64,000 bases of DNA from Patescibacteria group bacterium (GCA_041651015.1 JBAZKA010000001.1:205158-269157); one strand, 5' to 3'. Positions 19,695-29,858 are shown, numbered from the stretch's first letter. Numbers and translations: made by a program. The notes: generated by a model not told the origin, from the letters alone.

Positions 19695-19722
19695 ACTATA
19701 TCACATTTAATTGAGGAGTCAA
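19695..19722 (-). promoter_or_regulatory. clpB promoter
   Basis: Minus strand TTGACT-N16-TATAGT with TG extension, immediately upstream of the CIRCE. Confidence 0.65.
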
Positions 19723-19844
19723 GAGGCTGACTTACTAACAGGCGGGGATTGACTAAATATCTATAATATGTCACAGTTTAATGACAAAGCGGTTCATTGT
19801 TATCTCAACAAAACGGCGTTAGCGTCGTTAACAAGGAGGCGTGC

Positions 19845-20120
19845 ATGGAAGCTCTACGTACGGCGCGCCATCCAATTGGCGACGCGGGAAAAGGATTGCC
19901 GAAAGCGAAAGAAAAGATAACAGTGGTTGAGGTGCCCTTCTATGTTTACACGTTTGGATTTCGTGAGTGTATAAGTAAATTGGCGCTTGGTTTGATGGCG
20001 TTGTGCAGTAGTCAACCGGACCATCCAAATGTTTTCTTCATATACGGCGAGTTTACCGAGGAACAAGTCAACGCTGCTCTGGGATATCACTGTGTGTCGT
20101 GCAGAGTGATTGAAAGATAG
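19845..20120 (+). CDS. Small hypothetical protein (91 aa, ORFan cassette 2)
   Basis: AAGGAGG SD at 19833-19839; terminator downstream; C-terminal HCVSC. Confidence 0.6.
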   Translation: MEALRTARHPIGDAGKGLPKAKEKITVVEVPFYVYTFGFRECISKLALGLMALCSSQPDHPNVFFIYGEFTEEQVNAALGYHCVSCRVIER

Positions 20121-20181
20121 TTGACACGAGACAATTTCGCCCCCCCCCACACCTGTCCTTTGCGGTTCTTCAATAGCGGCG

Positions 20182-20212
20182 CCTCGCACGTTTGTAAGTG
20201 CGGGGTTTTTTT
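20182..20212 (+). terminator. Rho-independent terminator
   Basis: CCTCGCAC-GTTTGTAA-GTGCGGGG followed by T7. Confidence 0.7.
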
Positions 20213-20269
20213 ATTTTTATTCTTGATTTATCTCGCATATTTTGCTAATATATATCAGTCAAAATGATT

Positions 20270-21016
20270 ATGAATACAAAAAATGTCCTTGGAATAAAAA
20301 TCAGTAATGTTGAGTTGCACGAAGCAAACGAAATCGCTCGACAATTTTTGTATTCAACAAATCAACATAAAATTTTCACTCCCAATCCCGAGATGCTGGT
20401 CAAGGCGCATAAGGATGAATATTTCAAAACCGTATTAAACGCGGGTGATTTGAATTTATGTGATGGTTTTGGTTTGCGAGTATTCTCCGGCGTCCCGCGC
20501 ATCCCGGGCGTCGATTTTATGTTGGAGCTTTGCGCCTTGGCGGAAAAAGAAAATAAAAGTATTTATTTGTTGGGGTCGGGGAGTGATGAAGTGATAAAAC
20601 AATGCGCCGAGGCATTGAATAAAAAATTTGTTCATCTAAAGATTGTCGGGCTTGATAGGGGACCGATTATTACCGAAAATGACAAATTTCCAATGTCAAA
20701 TTTCCAAAGTGCAGAGGATGGTGTTCTCCAAAAAATAAACGCCACTCATCCGGATATTCTATTTGTCGCCTTTGGCATGGGCAAACAAGAAAAATGGATT
20801 TATGAAAATCTGGCGAAAATGCTAGGCGTCAAAATAGCCATGGGCGTGGGCGGTTCGTTTGATTATATCGCCGGTACTGTGCCTCGCGCCCCTTTATTTT
20901 TGCGCAAAATTGGTTTAGAATGGATGTATAGATTATTTAGACAACCATGTCGTTTACGACGTATATTTAATGCTACGTTTAAATTTGTTTATCTTATTAT
21001 ATGTCATCGTTCGTAA
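20270..21016 (+). CDS. WecB/TagA/CpsF family glycosyltransferase (GT26)
   Basis: TPNPEM, DGFG, RIPGVD, PDILFVAFGMGKQEKW, GVGGSFD, RAP..GLEWMYRL. Confidence 0.9.
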   Translation: MNTKNVLGIKISNVELHEANEIARQFLYSTNQHKIFTPNPEMLVKAHKDEYFKTVLNAGDLNLCDGFGLRVFSGVPRIPGVDFMLELCALAEKENKSIYLLGSGSDEVIKQCAEALNKKFVHLKIVGLDRGPIITENDKFPMSNFQSAEDGVLQKINATHPDILFVAFGMGKQEKWIYENLAKMLGVKIAMGVGGSFDYIAGTVPRAPLFLRKIGLEWMYRLFRQPCRLRRIFNATFKFVYLIICHRS

Positions 21017-22479
21017 AAACCCGCTTTGCCCCAAGTCCCACCGGCTATCTTCATATCGGAGGTTTGCGCACCGCGCTCTATGCCTACCTAGTCGCCAAAC
21101 ACAATGACGGAAAGTTTGTTTTACGTATTGAGGATACTGATCGCGAACGTTTTGTGGCCGATGGCACAATGAATATTTTAAAGTCATTGTATTGGGCGGG
21201 AATTATCCCGGATGAGGGCGTGATGTTTAATGCGAATCAAAATATTATTCAAACAGGCGATTGTGGCGGTTCGTATATTCAATCCGAGCGATTGGATATT
21301 TACAAAAAACACGCTGATGAATTAGTGGCTAACGGCCACGCATATTATTGTTTTTGCGATTCTGCGCGTTTGGATGAATTACGCCAATTTCAACAGTTAA
21401 ATAAACTCCCGACCGGCTATGACGGCCATTGCCGGGATATTGATCCGGCTGAAGCCAAGAAACGGGTGCAAGCCGGTGAAAAGCACGTCATCCGCATGAA
21501 AATGCCCAAAGAAGGCGAAACAGTTTTTAACGATGAAATCAGAGGTGAAGTGCGGATCAAAAATGAACTGGTAGATGACCAGGTTATCGTGAAATCCGAT
21601 GGTTTTCCCACATATCATTTGGCGGTGGTGGTTGATGATCACGAAATGGAAATCTCTCACATTATTCGCGGTGAAGAATGGTTATCCAGCGTGCCCAAAC
21701 ACTTGCAGTTGTATAAATATTTTGGTTGGGATGCGCCTCGGATGGCGCATTTGCCCCTGCTTTTGAATTCAGATAAATCCAAGTTGAGCAAGCGCCAAGG
21801 TGATGTGGCTGTGATGGATTATGTAAAAAAAGGTTATCTTAAAGAAGCGGTTATTAATTTTATTGCGTTTCTTGGTTGGAATCCGGGCACGGAAAAAGAA
21901 ATATATTTCATGGATGAATTGATTAATGATTTTGATTTGAGCCATGTGGGAAAATCCGGCGCAGTATTTAATTTACAAAAATTGGACTGGTATAATAAAG
22001 AATATATAAAAAGCTTGCCACTTGTTGATTTGGTTGAAAGAGCTAAGCCGTTTTTTGCTGATCTGGGTATTCAATTAAACAAGAATGACGAAGAGCTCTC
22101 AAGAATTTTTGCGCTTGAGCGTGAACGTGTGACAACGTTGGCTGAATTACCGGAGGCTGTTAAATTTGTGTTTGAGTTGCCGAATTATGGCGCATCATTA
22201 TTGATATGGAAAAAAAGCTCGGTGGAAGAATTAAAAAATATTTTTTCTAAATTATCTGAATTGTTAAATAGTATTGATGAAAAAGATTGGACCAAACAAA
22301 ATCTGGAAATTAGAATAGGGGAGTGGATAAAGGAAAACAGCTATTCGGTGGGCTCGGTCATGTGGCCTTTGCGCGTGGCTTTGTCCGGCCAGGAAAATTC
22401 TCCGGGCCCGTTTGAGATCGCCGAAGTACTGGGTAAACAAGAATCAATGTCGCGAATAACAATCGCCATCAACAAATAA
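21001..22479 (+). CDS. gltX: Glutamate--tRNA ligase
   Basis: RFAPSPTGYLHIGG, LRIEDTD, KLSKR. Confidence 0.95.
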   Translation: MSSFVKTRFAPSPTGYLHIGGLRTALYAYLVAKHNDGKFVLRIEDTDRERFVADGTMNILKSLYWAGIIPDEGVMFNANQNIIQTGDCGGSYIQSERLDIYKKHADELVANGHAYYCFCDSARLDELRQFQQLNKLPTGYDGHCRDIDPAEAKKRVQAGEKHVIRMKMPKEGETVFNDEIRGEVRIKNELVDDQVIVKSDGFPTYHLAVVVDDHEMEISHIIRGEEWLSSVPKHLQLYKYFGWDAPRMAHLPLLLNSDKSKLSKRQGDVAVMDYVKKGYLKEAVINFIAFLGWNPGTEKEIYFMDELINDFDLSHVGKSGAVFNLQKLDWYNKEYIKSLPLVDLVERAKPFFADLGIQLNKNDEELSRIFALERERVTTLAELPEAVKFVFELPNYGASLLIWKKSSVEELKNIFSKLSELLNSIDEKDWTKQNLEIRIGEWIKENSYSVGSVMWPLRVALSGQENSPGPFEIAEVLGKQESMSRITIAINK

Positions 22480-22503
22480 TCAGTTCCGTGATATAATATA
22501 ATC

Positions 22504-23745
22504 ATGAAATTCAAAATTTTTATTTTGTTTTTTATAGTAATGGGTTTGGTTCTGTCCAATCCCAATTTTGCGTATTCGGAAAGTTCGGCCGTGGGCGGTA
22601 ATAAAGAAGAGATTGACGATCTAAATAAAAAAATTGCCAACCAAAAAGCGAAAATTAAAGAAATGGAAGAGACCATGGCTAAATATCAAAAAAGTATTAA
22701 TGCCACGAAATTGCAGGCCGTATCATTAAAAAATCAAATCAGCATCTTGAATAACCGGTTGGCTCAGACAGAATCCGAAGTGCAGATAACCGAAGGTAAA
22801 ATCAATGAAGCTAAAATGGAAATTGAAGCCTTGGAATTAAGCATTACCGATAAAGAAGCCATAATCAAAAAACAACAAATCATTATCGCTAAAATGGTGC
22901 GGAATATTTCGGCCGATGATCAAAAAAATTATTTGGAAATAATGTTGACCAGCAACAGCTTCGCGGATTTTTATAATCAAGTTAAATATTTGCAAAGCGT
23001 GTATTCTGATTTGGGGCAATCGGTCAAAAATTTGCGCTTGGCCAAAGATGATTTGAATTTTAAAAAAGCGCAGGTTGAAGGCAGGAAAAAAGTTTACGAA
23101 GACCTAAAAACCGAATTAGACAATAAAAAAATGGATTTGCAGGAACAGAACGGCACGAAGAATACTCTTCTGGTGCAAACAAAATCATCCGAGGCGCGCT
23201 ATCAAACCATGTTGAGTACTTTGCGCTCACAATATCAAGCGACGGAAAATGAAATCAGCGCTAATGAATCACTAATGCGTAAAAAATTGGCTGCTTTGGA
23301 AAAGAAAAATAATACCACCGAGGATACGGCCACCGGCGAATTAAGCTGGCCTGTGCCAAGCCATTACATTACCGCAGAATTCCACGATTCTTCCTATCCG
23401 TTTCGCAATGTGTTTGAACATAGTGGTATGGATATTCGAGCCTCACAAGGCACAGCGGTTCATGCCGCGGCCGCGGGTTATGTTGCCCGCGCCAAACGTT
23501 GTACTTTGGCCAGTTGCTATAGCTATGTTTTAATCGTTCATAATTCCGAGGTCTCCACGCTTTACGGCCATTTAAGTTCCATCAGTGTGGCAGACGATGG
23601 CTTTGTGGCTCGTGGTGATGTCATTGGTTATTCCGGAGGTACTCCCGGCACTGTTGGCGCTGGTCCGTTTGTCACCGGCCCACATTTGCATTTTGAGGTG
23701 CGCAAAAACGGCATTCCGGTCAATCCGGCGAGTTATTTGAATTAA
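22504..23745 (+). CDS. Coiled-coil + M23 metallopeptidase (murein hydrolase / EnvC-like architecture)
   Basis: Signal peptide, long coiled coil, intact HSGMD (HxxxD) and GPHLHFEVR (HxH). Confidence 0.88.
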   Translation: MKFKIFILFFIVMGLVLSNPNFAYSESSAVGGNKEEIDDLNKKIANQKAKIKEMEETMAKYQKSINATKLQAVSLKNQISILNNRLAQTESEVQITEGKINEAKMEIEALELSITDKEAIIKKQQIIIAKMVRNISADDQKNYLEIMLTSNSFADFYNQVKYLQSVYSDLGQSVKNLRLAKDDLNFKKAQVEGRKKVYEDLKTELDNKKMDLQEQNGTKNTLLVQTKSSEARYQTMLSTLRSQYQATENEISANESLMRKKLAALEKKNNTTEDTATGELSWPVPSHYITAEFHDSSYPFRNVFEHSGMDIRASQGTAVHAAAAGYVARAKRCTLASCYSYVLIVHNSEVSTLYGHLSSISVADDGFVARGDVIGYSGGTPGTVGAGPFVTGPHLHFEVRKNGIPVNPASYLN

Positions 23746-23765
23746 AAAAATATATGATGTTAGTT

Positions 23766-23797
23766 AAAATAATCGCCGTATAGGCGATTATTTTTTT
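23766..23797. terminator. Bidirectional terminator between the M23 gene and xer
   Basis: AAAATAATCGCC-GTATA-GGCGATTATTTT between convergent genes. Confidence 0.7.
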
Positions 23798-24750
23798 CCA
23801 CTGTGAAATTTTCGATGAATCTCCCGAAGTTGGGGGTTCGTGACGTGCGTGTAAATTTGCGTGGTGACTATATTTTTATGTCCGAGCATTTCTTGCACTG
23901 AGCGCATGTCCGCGCCTTGTTCCAACAAATCAGTGGCAAAACTGTGGCGCAAAGTATGTGGCGTGGCTTCTACAGGCAGTCCTGCCATAGTCGCATATTT
24001 TTTTACCAATCGTTCAATTGAGCGCGGTGTTAAACGATGTTCATCGTCGTTTTTATCCGGCCGGTAATTAATAAATAGGGGAGGGCACATGTCATTTCTG
24101 GTCTTAAGGTATTTACCAAGCCAGCTTAAAGCTTGTTTAGAAAAATATACTGTCCGCGCTGAACCGCCCTTGCCATGAATGGTAATTTCCAAATCATTAA
24201 TTTTATTTTCAACAATATTTCTAATATTGAAGAGGCGTATATTAAGCGACGTTAACTCTGAGACGCGTGTGCCGGTGGAGAATAGGACTTCCAGTATAGC
24301 CCGATCTCGCAGGCCTTCGGGCGTGGACAAATCAGGCATGCTCATCAGTTTTTCCACTTGTTCAAAATTAAGGAATTTAATTTTTTTGTCTTTGTCTGTA
24401 AGTTTGGGTAAAGAAATTTTATCTGCCGGTAGTGAAATGATATCTTTGGCTGCAAAATATGACACCAGATTGCGCAAAGCGATCAGATAATAGTTCTGAG
24501 TGGTCTTTTTTATGTATTGGCCCTTGGAATCACACCGACGTGATAGATATAAACGATAGTTCCAAATATGGTCCGGAGTGAGCTCGTGAGGCTTAAGCCC
24601 GGATAATTTGCCGTCATTTAACCAATTCACAAACATCTTAAGGAAGTTGTGATAGTTGCGCGTAGACACAGGACTTAAACCTTTTTCAATCTCACAATAT
24701 GCGAGAAAGTCCGGAATGTGCTTTATAATTGGTTTAGTTGACTGGTTCAT
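23788..24750 (-). CDS. XerC/XerD-family tyrosine recombinase
   Basis: RDRAILEVLFSTGTRVSEL, GKG, HTLRHSFAT, LGH, TTQIYTHV; no integron-integrase insertion. Start set at ATG 24750. Confidence 0.92.
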   Translation of the reverse strand: MNQSTKPIIKHIPDFLAYCEIEKGLSPVSTRNYHNFLKMFVNWLNDGKLSGLKPHELTPDHIWNYRLYLSRRCDSKGQYIKKTTQNYYLIALRNLVSYFAAKDIISLPADKISLPKLTDKDKKIKFLNFEQVEKLMSMPDLSTPEGLRDRAILEVLFSTGTRVSELTSLNIRLFNIRNIVENKINDLEITIHGKGGSARTVYFSKQALSWLGKYLKTRNDMCPPLFINYRPDKNDDEHRLTPRSIERLVKKYATMAGLPVEATPHTLRHSFATDLLEQGADMRSVQEMLGHKNIVTTQIYTHVTNPQLREIHRKFHSGKK

Positions 24751-24773
24751 AGAGATATAATTCGGCAAATATG

Positions 24774-24847
24774 GTTGCGGTTAAGCGGTGTCATTGGTTA
24801 CATCGCTTAACCGCAACGGATTAAACGACCCGCAAGGTCGTTTAATC
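24774..24847. other. Two tandem strong hairpins in the predicted xer 5' leader
   Basis: 18-bp stem GTTGCGGTTAAGCGGTGT/ACATCGCTTAACCGCAAC (17/18) and perfect 12-bp stem GATTAAACGACC/GGTCGTTTAATC. Confidence 0.75.
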
Positions 24848-24869
24848 TATGTTATACGACGTTAGATAT

Positions 24870-24898
24870 ATCATAATACCTATATATACTTCTGTCAA
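24870..24898 (-). promoter_or_regulatory. xer promoter
   Basis: Minus strand TTGACA-N17-TATGAT. Confidence 0.65.
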
Positions 24899-24909
24899 AC
24901 TTACGCCCC

Positions 24910-26001
24910 CTACTTCCAAAACACCCTCTCTTTAAATCGCAAGTCAATGTACTCGGTCGGTTTAACCTCCGGGTTGGCTAAAATTGTTTTTAGATTTTGA
25001 ATTTGTTCCGGCATGTCATTGGTCGGCTGGACTAAAATGTTCCAAGGCTGTGACAATACCGCGGTTATGCCGGCCGTGGGGTTATTTGAGGTGAAATAGT
25101 TTACATCCCCCACTCCGTTTTCCTTCAAGGCCTGTTTCCATTCAATGATACTCTTGATTAACTCGGCCGGTAGTACATTAATTTGTTTATCATGAACATT
25201 TAATTCGCGCGCGTCATAAAAAATTGGCATGTCGTAATATTCTCCGAAAAATTTAATATATGCCGGTTTGTGCGTGTTTGTGGCCGTAAAAAGAGTCGTG
25301 GTTGCCATGATTTGAGGTGAAGTAGTGCTAGTTATCAAGTCCGGACTGATTATTTGACTGGTTGTGGTGCTGGTTACATCTAAAACCGGACTCGCAGGCG
25401 ATGTTTCTTGGTCAAGAGTGATCGTCTTTACCACCGTCCCCTCGCCATCCAGTAAAAAGTAATTTTGACCGTTATCATAAATAATTGAAGTAATTTTTTC
25501 CTCAATATTTATCTGTATTTCGTGAGAAAATATTTTTTTTATTTCAACTTTATTTACCGCGTATTTGCTGGTAATATCAGAGGAAATTATATTGGCATTA
25601 ATCAAAAAATAGTTATTCTTGGGCCACCAACTATGCGCTATGTATCTATCATGGATGTAATTATTGATTTCTGATTGATTTAACAATCTTAGGCCATTGA
25701 TCGTCACGGTGTTTATTTGAAAAAAAGGCAAATAAAGCATGAGGCCAAGCCAAGCGGTCGGTATGGCAATTAACAAAACAATTGTTATTGATTTCTTCCA
25801 GTTCACTTTGTGCCCGACGTGAGAGGGTATCCGAAAATTTGAATTTCGGCGCGCAAACATGGTTGGACGCTCATTCTTTTGGAACGACGGCTGAGCGCCT
25901 GTTGTGTCGGTTCTAGTTTTGAATAAACTAAACAAACCACGTCGCTTCTTTTGCGGTTTAAATTTATTTAGATCAACGCATGACTTGGAAAACCTGTCCA
26001 T
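24910..26001 (-). CDS. ftsQ: Cell division protein FtsQ/DivIB-like (POTRA)
   Basis: Basic N-terminus, single TM, FFQINTVTING POTRA start, C-terminal EYIDLRF; Thr/Ser-rich insert. Confidence 0.7.
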   Translation of the reverse strand: MDRFSKSCVDLNKFKPQKKRRGLFSLFKTRTDTTGAQPSFQKNERPTMFARRNSNFRIPSHVGHKVNWKKSITIVLLIAIPTAWLGLMLYLPFFQINTVTINGLRLLNQSEINNYIHDRYIAHSWWPKNNYFLINANIISSDITSKYAVNKVEIKKIFSHEIQINIEEKITSIIYDNGQNYFLLDGEGTVVKTITLDQETSPASPVLDVTSTTTSQIISPDLITSTTSPQIMATTTLFTATNTHKPAYIKFFGEYYDMPIFYDARELNVHDKQINVLPAELIKSIIEWKQALKENGVGDVNYFTSNNPTAGITAVLSQPWNILVQPTNDMPEQIQNLKTILANPEVKPTEYIDLRFKERVFWK

Positions 26002-26003
26002 GT

Positions 26004-27119
26004 CTAGATTATTTTTCGCAGAATTAAAGGGTTGATGCGATCCACGATTTCATAGTTAATAGTACCGGCAAAATCGGCTAGGTTATCAGCGGAAATTGAA
26101 TTGGATTTTTGTCTCCCGATTAATACTGCCCCATCCCCGGCCTTGACGTTTTTTACCGCTGACACGTCGGCCATGCAGATATTCATGCAAATACGTCCGC
26201 GAATGGGACACTTTTTGCCACCGATTAAAACAAAGGATTTATTAGAGAGTCCACGGTCATAGCCATCCCAATATCCGACCGGCAGTACGGCAATTTTTGT
26301 CGTTCGTTTGGTGGTGAAAGAGCCGCCGTATCCGATCTTGGTCCACGCCGGTAGTGTACGCACCTGAATAATTTTTGTGTGCCACGATAGTGCCGGCTGT
26401 AATTTAATTATTTTTTTACTTAGATCATCAGGGTATAATCCATACAAGCTAAGACCTAAACGCACGCCATTTAAAAGACTTTTTTTATAAAGTACGCTCG
26501 CTGATGAACAAGCAAAGTGCTTAATCGGAATATGATATCCCCGCTTCTCTAAATCAGAAATAATTTTTTCAAATGAACTCATTTGGTGTTCGGTAAAGAT
26601 TCTGTCCTCCTCACTCGCGGCAAAATGGCTGAATAATCCTTCAATCTCAAGATGTGAAAATTTATTTATTTTTTCTAAAAAGGGTAATATTTCCTTGGGT
26701 AATAGTCCGACTCGCGAGGCACCGGTGTCCACCTTTATATGTACTTTGATTTTTTTGCCTGCCCTCTCCCCTATTTTATTCAGGAAAATGGCTTGTTTTA
26801 GCGAAAAAAGCGGGAAAATCACACCTTTTTTGGCTAATTTTAGCGTCTTTTCGGTCTTGTCCAGCTCGTAAAAGGTCAAAATTTGCACTGGCTTGCGTAT
26901 TTTGTTTTCAGTGAGTGTGAATGCCTCGTCGTCGTTTACGACGCACATACGGTCAACCTGGGGTGATTTATCGCATATTTTAGCCACTTCCAAAAAGCCA
27001 TGCCCATAGGCATTGGCTTTAACCACCGGCATCAAAAGTCGGTCAGAACCTATAAGTTTTCGGAATTGCCGGAGGTTGAATTCAATGGCTTCTTTGTCCA
27101 CTTCCACCCAAGTGAGCAT
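26004..27119 (-). CDS. alr: Alanine racemase
   Basis: VVKANAYGHG, HIKVDTG, GYWDG, GRICM, GTINYE. Confidence 0.95.
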   Translation of the reverse strand: MLTWVEVDKEAIEFNLRQFRKLIGSDRLLMPVVKANAYGHGFLEVAKICDKSPQVDRMCVVNDDEAFTLTENKIRKPVQILTFYELDKTEKTLKLAKKGVIFPLFSLKQAIFLNKIGERAGKKIKVHIKVDTGASRVGLLPKEILPFLEKINKFSHLEIEGLFSHFAASEEDRIFTEHQMSSFEKIISDLEKRGYHIPIKHFACSSASVLYKKSLLNGVRLGLSLYGLYPDDLSKKIIKLQPALSWHTKIIQVRTLPAWTKIGYGGSFTTKRTTKIAVLPVGYWDGYDRGLSNKSFVLIGGKKCPIRGRICMNICMADVSAVKNVKAGDGAVLIGRQKSNSISADNLADFAGTINYEIVDRINPLILRKII

Positions 27120-27122
27120 AAA

Positions 27123-28376
27123 TTAAATCTTATCCAGTCCGCAATATTTTTTTAACACTTTCGGTACTGCAATAGTTCCGTCAGCCTGTTGAAAATTTTC
27201 CGCGATAACAATGGGAAAACGCGATGTCACCACGGCAGTGCCGTTCAAAGTGTGAACGTATTCCAGCGAACCGTCATCTTTGCGATATTTGATGTTTAAT
27301 CTGCGCGCTTGATAATCCGTACAATTACTGCAAGATGTTATCTCGCCGTAGTCGCCCTGCTTATTACCACCAGCCTTCATTGTCATCCAGGCTTCAATGT
27401 CGTATTTACGATAAGCCGGGCCGCCCAAATCACCTGACGCGATATCAATCACGTGGTATGGAATTTCCAGGCCATCCACAATTTCTTTCTCAATTTCCAA
27501 AATTTCCTGATGTTGTTTTTCACTGTCTTCGGGTTTACAAAAAACAAACATTTCTAATTTAGTAAATTGATGCACGCGATAAAGACCCTTGCTGGTTCGG
27601 CCATAAGCGCCGGCCTCGGTGCGGTAACAATGCGATAAGGCTACATACTTCATCGGACCTTTGGATAAATCCAGGACTTCGTTTGCGTGATAGCCCCCGA
27701 TTGTAATTTCCGCCGTACCGATTAAACTTAAGTCGGAGTTTTCTATGGAATAAACTTGAGTTTCATCACCGCGCGGATTGAAACCAATCCCGCTCAAAAT
27801 TTCGTCTTTAGCCATGTCCGGTGTTTCCATAAGGGTAAAGCCGTGTTGGGTCGCGATATCTATGGCATAATTAAGCAAAGCCATATTCACCCGCACCAAA
27901 TTATTTTTGAAATAATAAAATTTGGAAGCGGTTACTTTGGCGGCGCGCTCAAAATCCACCAAATCATTTTTAATCAGTAGTTCCTCGTGATCTTTTGGCG
28001 AAAAATCAAATTCTTTTGGTTCAAAATTTTTGTAAATAACTTTAAAATTATCTTCGCCTCCGATTGGACTATCCGGGTGCGTCAAGTTCGGAACCTGTAT
28101 AAGTAGTTCCTTATATGCGGTTTCCACCGCTCCCTGCTGAATTTCAAATTTTTTTATATTTTCTCCCACTTCGCGCATCTTTGCAATTTCATCATCGGTT
28201 GGTTTGCCTTTGGATTTTTGATTTCTTTCGGCGCGTAAATTTTCAATTTTTACAAGATTAGCTCGGCGCTCTTCATCCAATTCCAATAATTTATCAATAT
28301 CAATTTTGACATTGCGATTTTTGCAGTTTGTTTTGACCAACTCAACATTTTCTCGGATAAATTTAATATCTAACAT
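27123..28376 (-). CDS. serS: Serine--tRNA ligase
   Basis: MLDIKFIREN, GTAE, GLYRVHQF, SCSNCTDYQARR, HTLNGT. Confidence 0.95.
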   Translation of the reverse strand: MLDIKFIRENVELVKTNCKNRNVKIDIDKLLELDEERRANLVKIENLRAERNQKSKGKPTDDEIAKMREVGENIKKFEIQQGAVETAYKELLIQVPNLTHPDSPIGGEDNFKVIYKNFEPKEFDFSPKDHEELLIKNDLVDFERAAKVTASKFYYFKNNLVRVNMALLNYAIDIATQHGFTLMETPDMAKDEILSGIGFNPRGDETQVYSIENSDLSLIGTAEITIGGYHANEVLDLSKGPMKYVALSHCYRTEAGAYGRTSKGLYRVHQFTKLEMFVFCKPEDSEKQHQEILEIEKEIVDGLEIPYHVIDIASGDLGGPAYRKYDIEAWMTMKAGGNKQGDYGEITSCSNCTDYQARRLNIKYRKDDGSLEYVHTLNGTAVVTSRFPIVIAENFQQADGTIAVPKVLKKYCGLDKI

Positions 28377-28388
28377 AGAGTAAAATAA

Positions 28389-29858
28389 TTATTCATTATT
28401 TTCCGGCTTCAGTGTCGGGAATAAAATTACTTCTTTTAAATTATCCGCGTTCGTGAGAAGTTTGACTAGACGGTCAATTCCCATGCCAAGACCTGTGGTC
28501 GGAGGCATACCGTGTTTAAGCGCGGTGATAAAGTCCTCGTCGTAGCGCATCCCCTCTTCGTCTCCAAGCTCGCGTAATTTTTCTTGTTCTTTAAAACGCG
28601 CTTCCTGGTCCAATGGATCGTTAAGCTCGGAAAAAGCGTTGCACAGTTCATTACCGCCGACGCATAAAAGTTGGAATCTCTCGGCGTATCGCGGATCATC
28701 TGACTTACGCTTGGCCAAAGGCGATAATTCAATCGGGTGGTCAATCATAAATATCGGATTGATAATTTTCGGTCGGGCATGTGTTTTATAGATTTCATCA
28801 ATTAGTTTTCCTCGGCCGGTGTTTTTATCAATACCTTCTACTTTTAACTCAACGGCTTTTTTGTACATTGACGCTTGGTCCGGGCATGATTCAATATCAA
28901 AATCAGCGTATTCTTGAATTAAATCACGCATAGATTTGCGCGGATAAGGTCCGGTAAAATCTACTTCGTAGCCAAGAGTTTCAAATTTTAACGGCAAACC
29001 CGCGGCTTTGATTAATTTTGGCAGTAAATCTTCCACCAAATTCATGGAGTCGTTATAATCAGCGTAAGCCCAATAGTATTCAATTTGAGTAAATTCTGGA
29101 TTATGATTGTTATCAATACCTTCGTTGCGAAAACATTTGGCTACTTCGTATACTTTTTCAAATCCGCCGACAATAAGGCGCTTCAGATATAATTCCGGCG
29201 CGATGCGTAAATATAAATCCGCGTTTAAGGCATTATGATGCGTAGTAAAAGGCGCGGCATTGGCTCCGCCGTAAAGCGATTGTAAAATCGGAGTTTCCAC
29301 CTCAAAAAATCCCAAAGCGTCAAAGTAGTTTCTGATTTCTTTTACCAACACACTACGTAAAGTGGCGATTTTCATGGATTCCTCGTTGGCGAGTAAATCC
29401 AAATATCTTTGGCGGTAGCGAACCTCCACATTTGATAAGCCATGAAATTTTTCCGGCAACGGCAAAAGAGATTTTGAAAGTAGAGTGTATTTACGGACTA
29501 AAACGGAAATTTCCCCTTTGTGTGTGACAAACATTTCACCTTCAATCTGCACGAAATCTCCTAAATCAAAATTTTTAACAAAAAATTTGTAAGCATCTTT
29601 GCCTAATTCTTTTTCCGATAAAGCTGTTTGTAATTTGCCGGAAAAATCCTTGAGATGAGCAAAACAGAGCTTGCCCATATCACGCAAAGAAACCAAACGG
29701 CCGGCGATAATAACTTTTGTATTTTCGGGAGTTTTTTTAGCTTCTTCCAAAGTCAACGTTCTTTCGGATTTTGCCGGATATGGGTTCATGCCGTTCTCAC
29801 GTAAAATTCGCAAACGTTCCGTACGCGTTTGCTCTTCATCTAAAATTTCATCAGACAT
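28389..29858 (-). CDS. lysS: Lysine--tRNA ligase (class II)
   Basis: LPEKFHGL, RYRQRYLDL, LRIAPELYLKRL, FRNEG, GMPPTTGLGMGIDRL. Confidence 0.95.
   Translation of the reverse strand: MSDEILDEEQTRTERLRILRENGMNPYPAKSERTLTLEEAKKTPENTKVIIAGRLVSLRDMGKLCFAHLKDFSGKLQTALSEKELGKDAYKFFVKNFDLGDFVQIEGEMFVTHKGEISVLVRKYTLLSKSLLPLPEKFHGLSNVEVRYRQRYLDLLANEESMKIATLRSVLVKEIRNYFDALGFFEVETPILQSLYGGANAAPFTTHHNALNADLYLRIAPELYLKRLIVGGFEKVYEVAKCFRNEGIDNNHNPEFTQIEYYWAYADYNDSMNLVEDLLPKLIKAAGLPLKFETLGYEVDFTGPYPRKSMRDLIQEYADFDIESCPDQASMYKKAVELKVEGIDKNTGRGKLIDEIYKTHARPKIINPIFMIDHPIELSPLAKRKSDDPRYAERFQLLCVGGNELCNAFSELNDPLDQEARFKEQEKLRELGDEEGMRYDEDFITALKHGMPPTTGLGMGIDRLVKLLTNADNLKEVILFPTLKPENNE

Noticed and set aside
23788-24870. 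Integron (IntI + attC array)
   Set aside because: The recombinase lacks the IntI-specific insertion, the flanking genes are housekeeping, and no repeated attC sites are seen.
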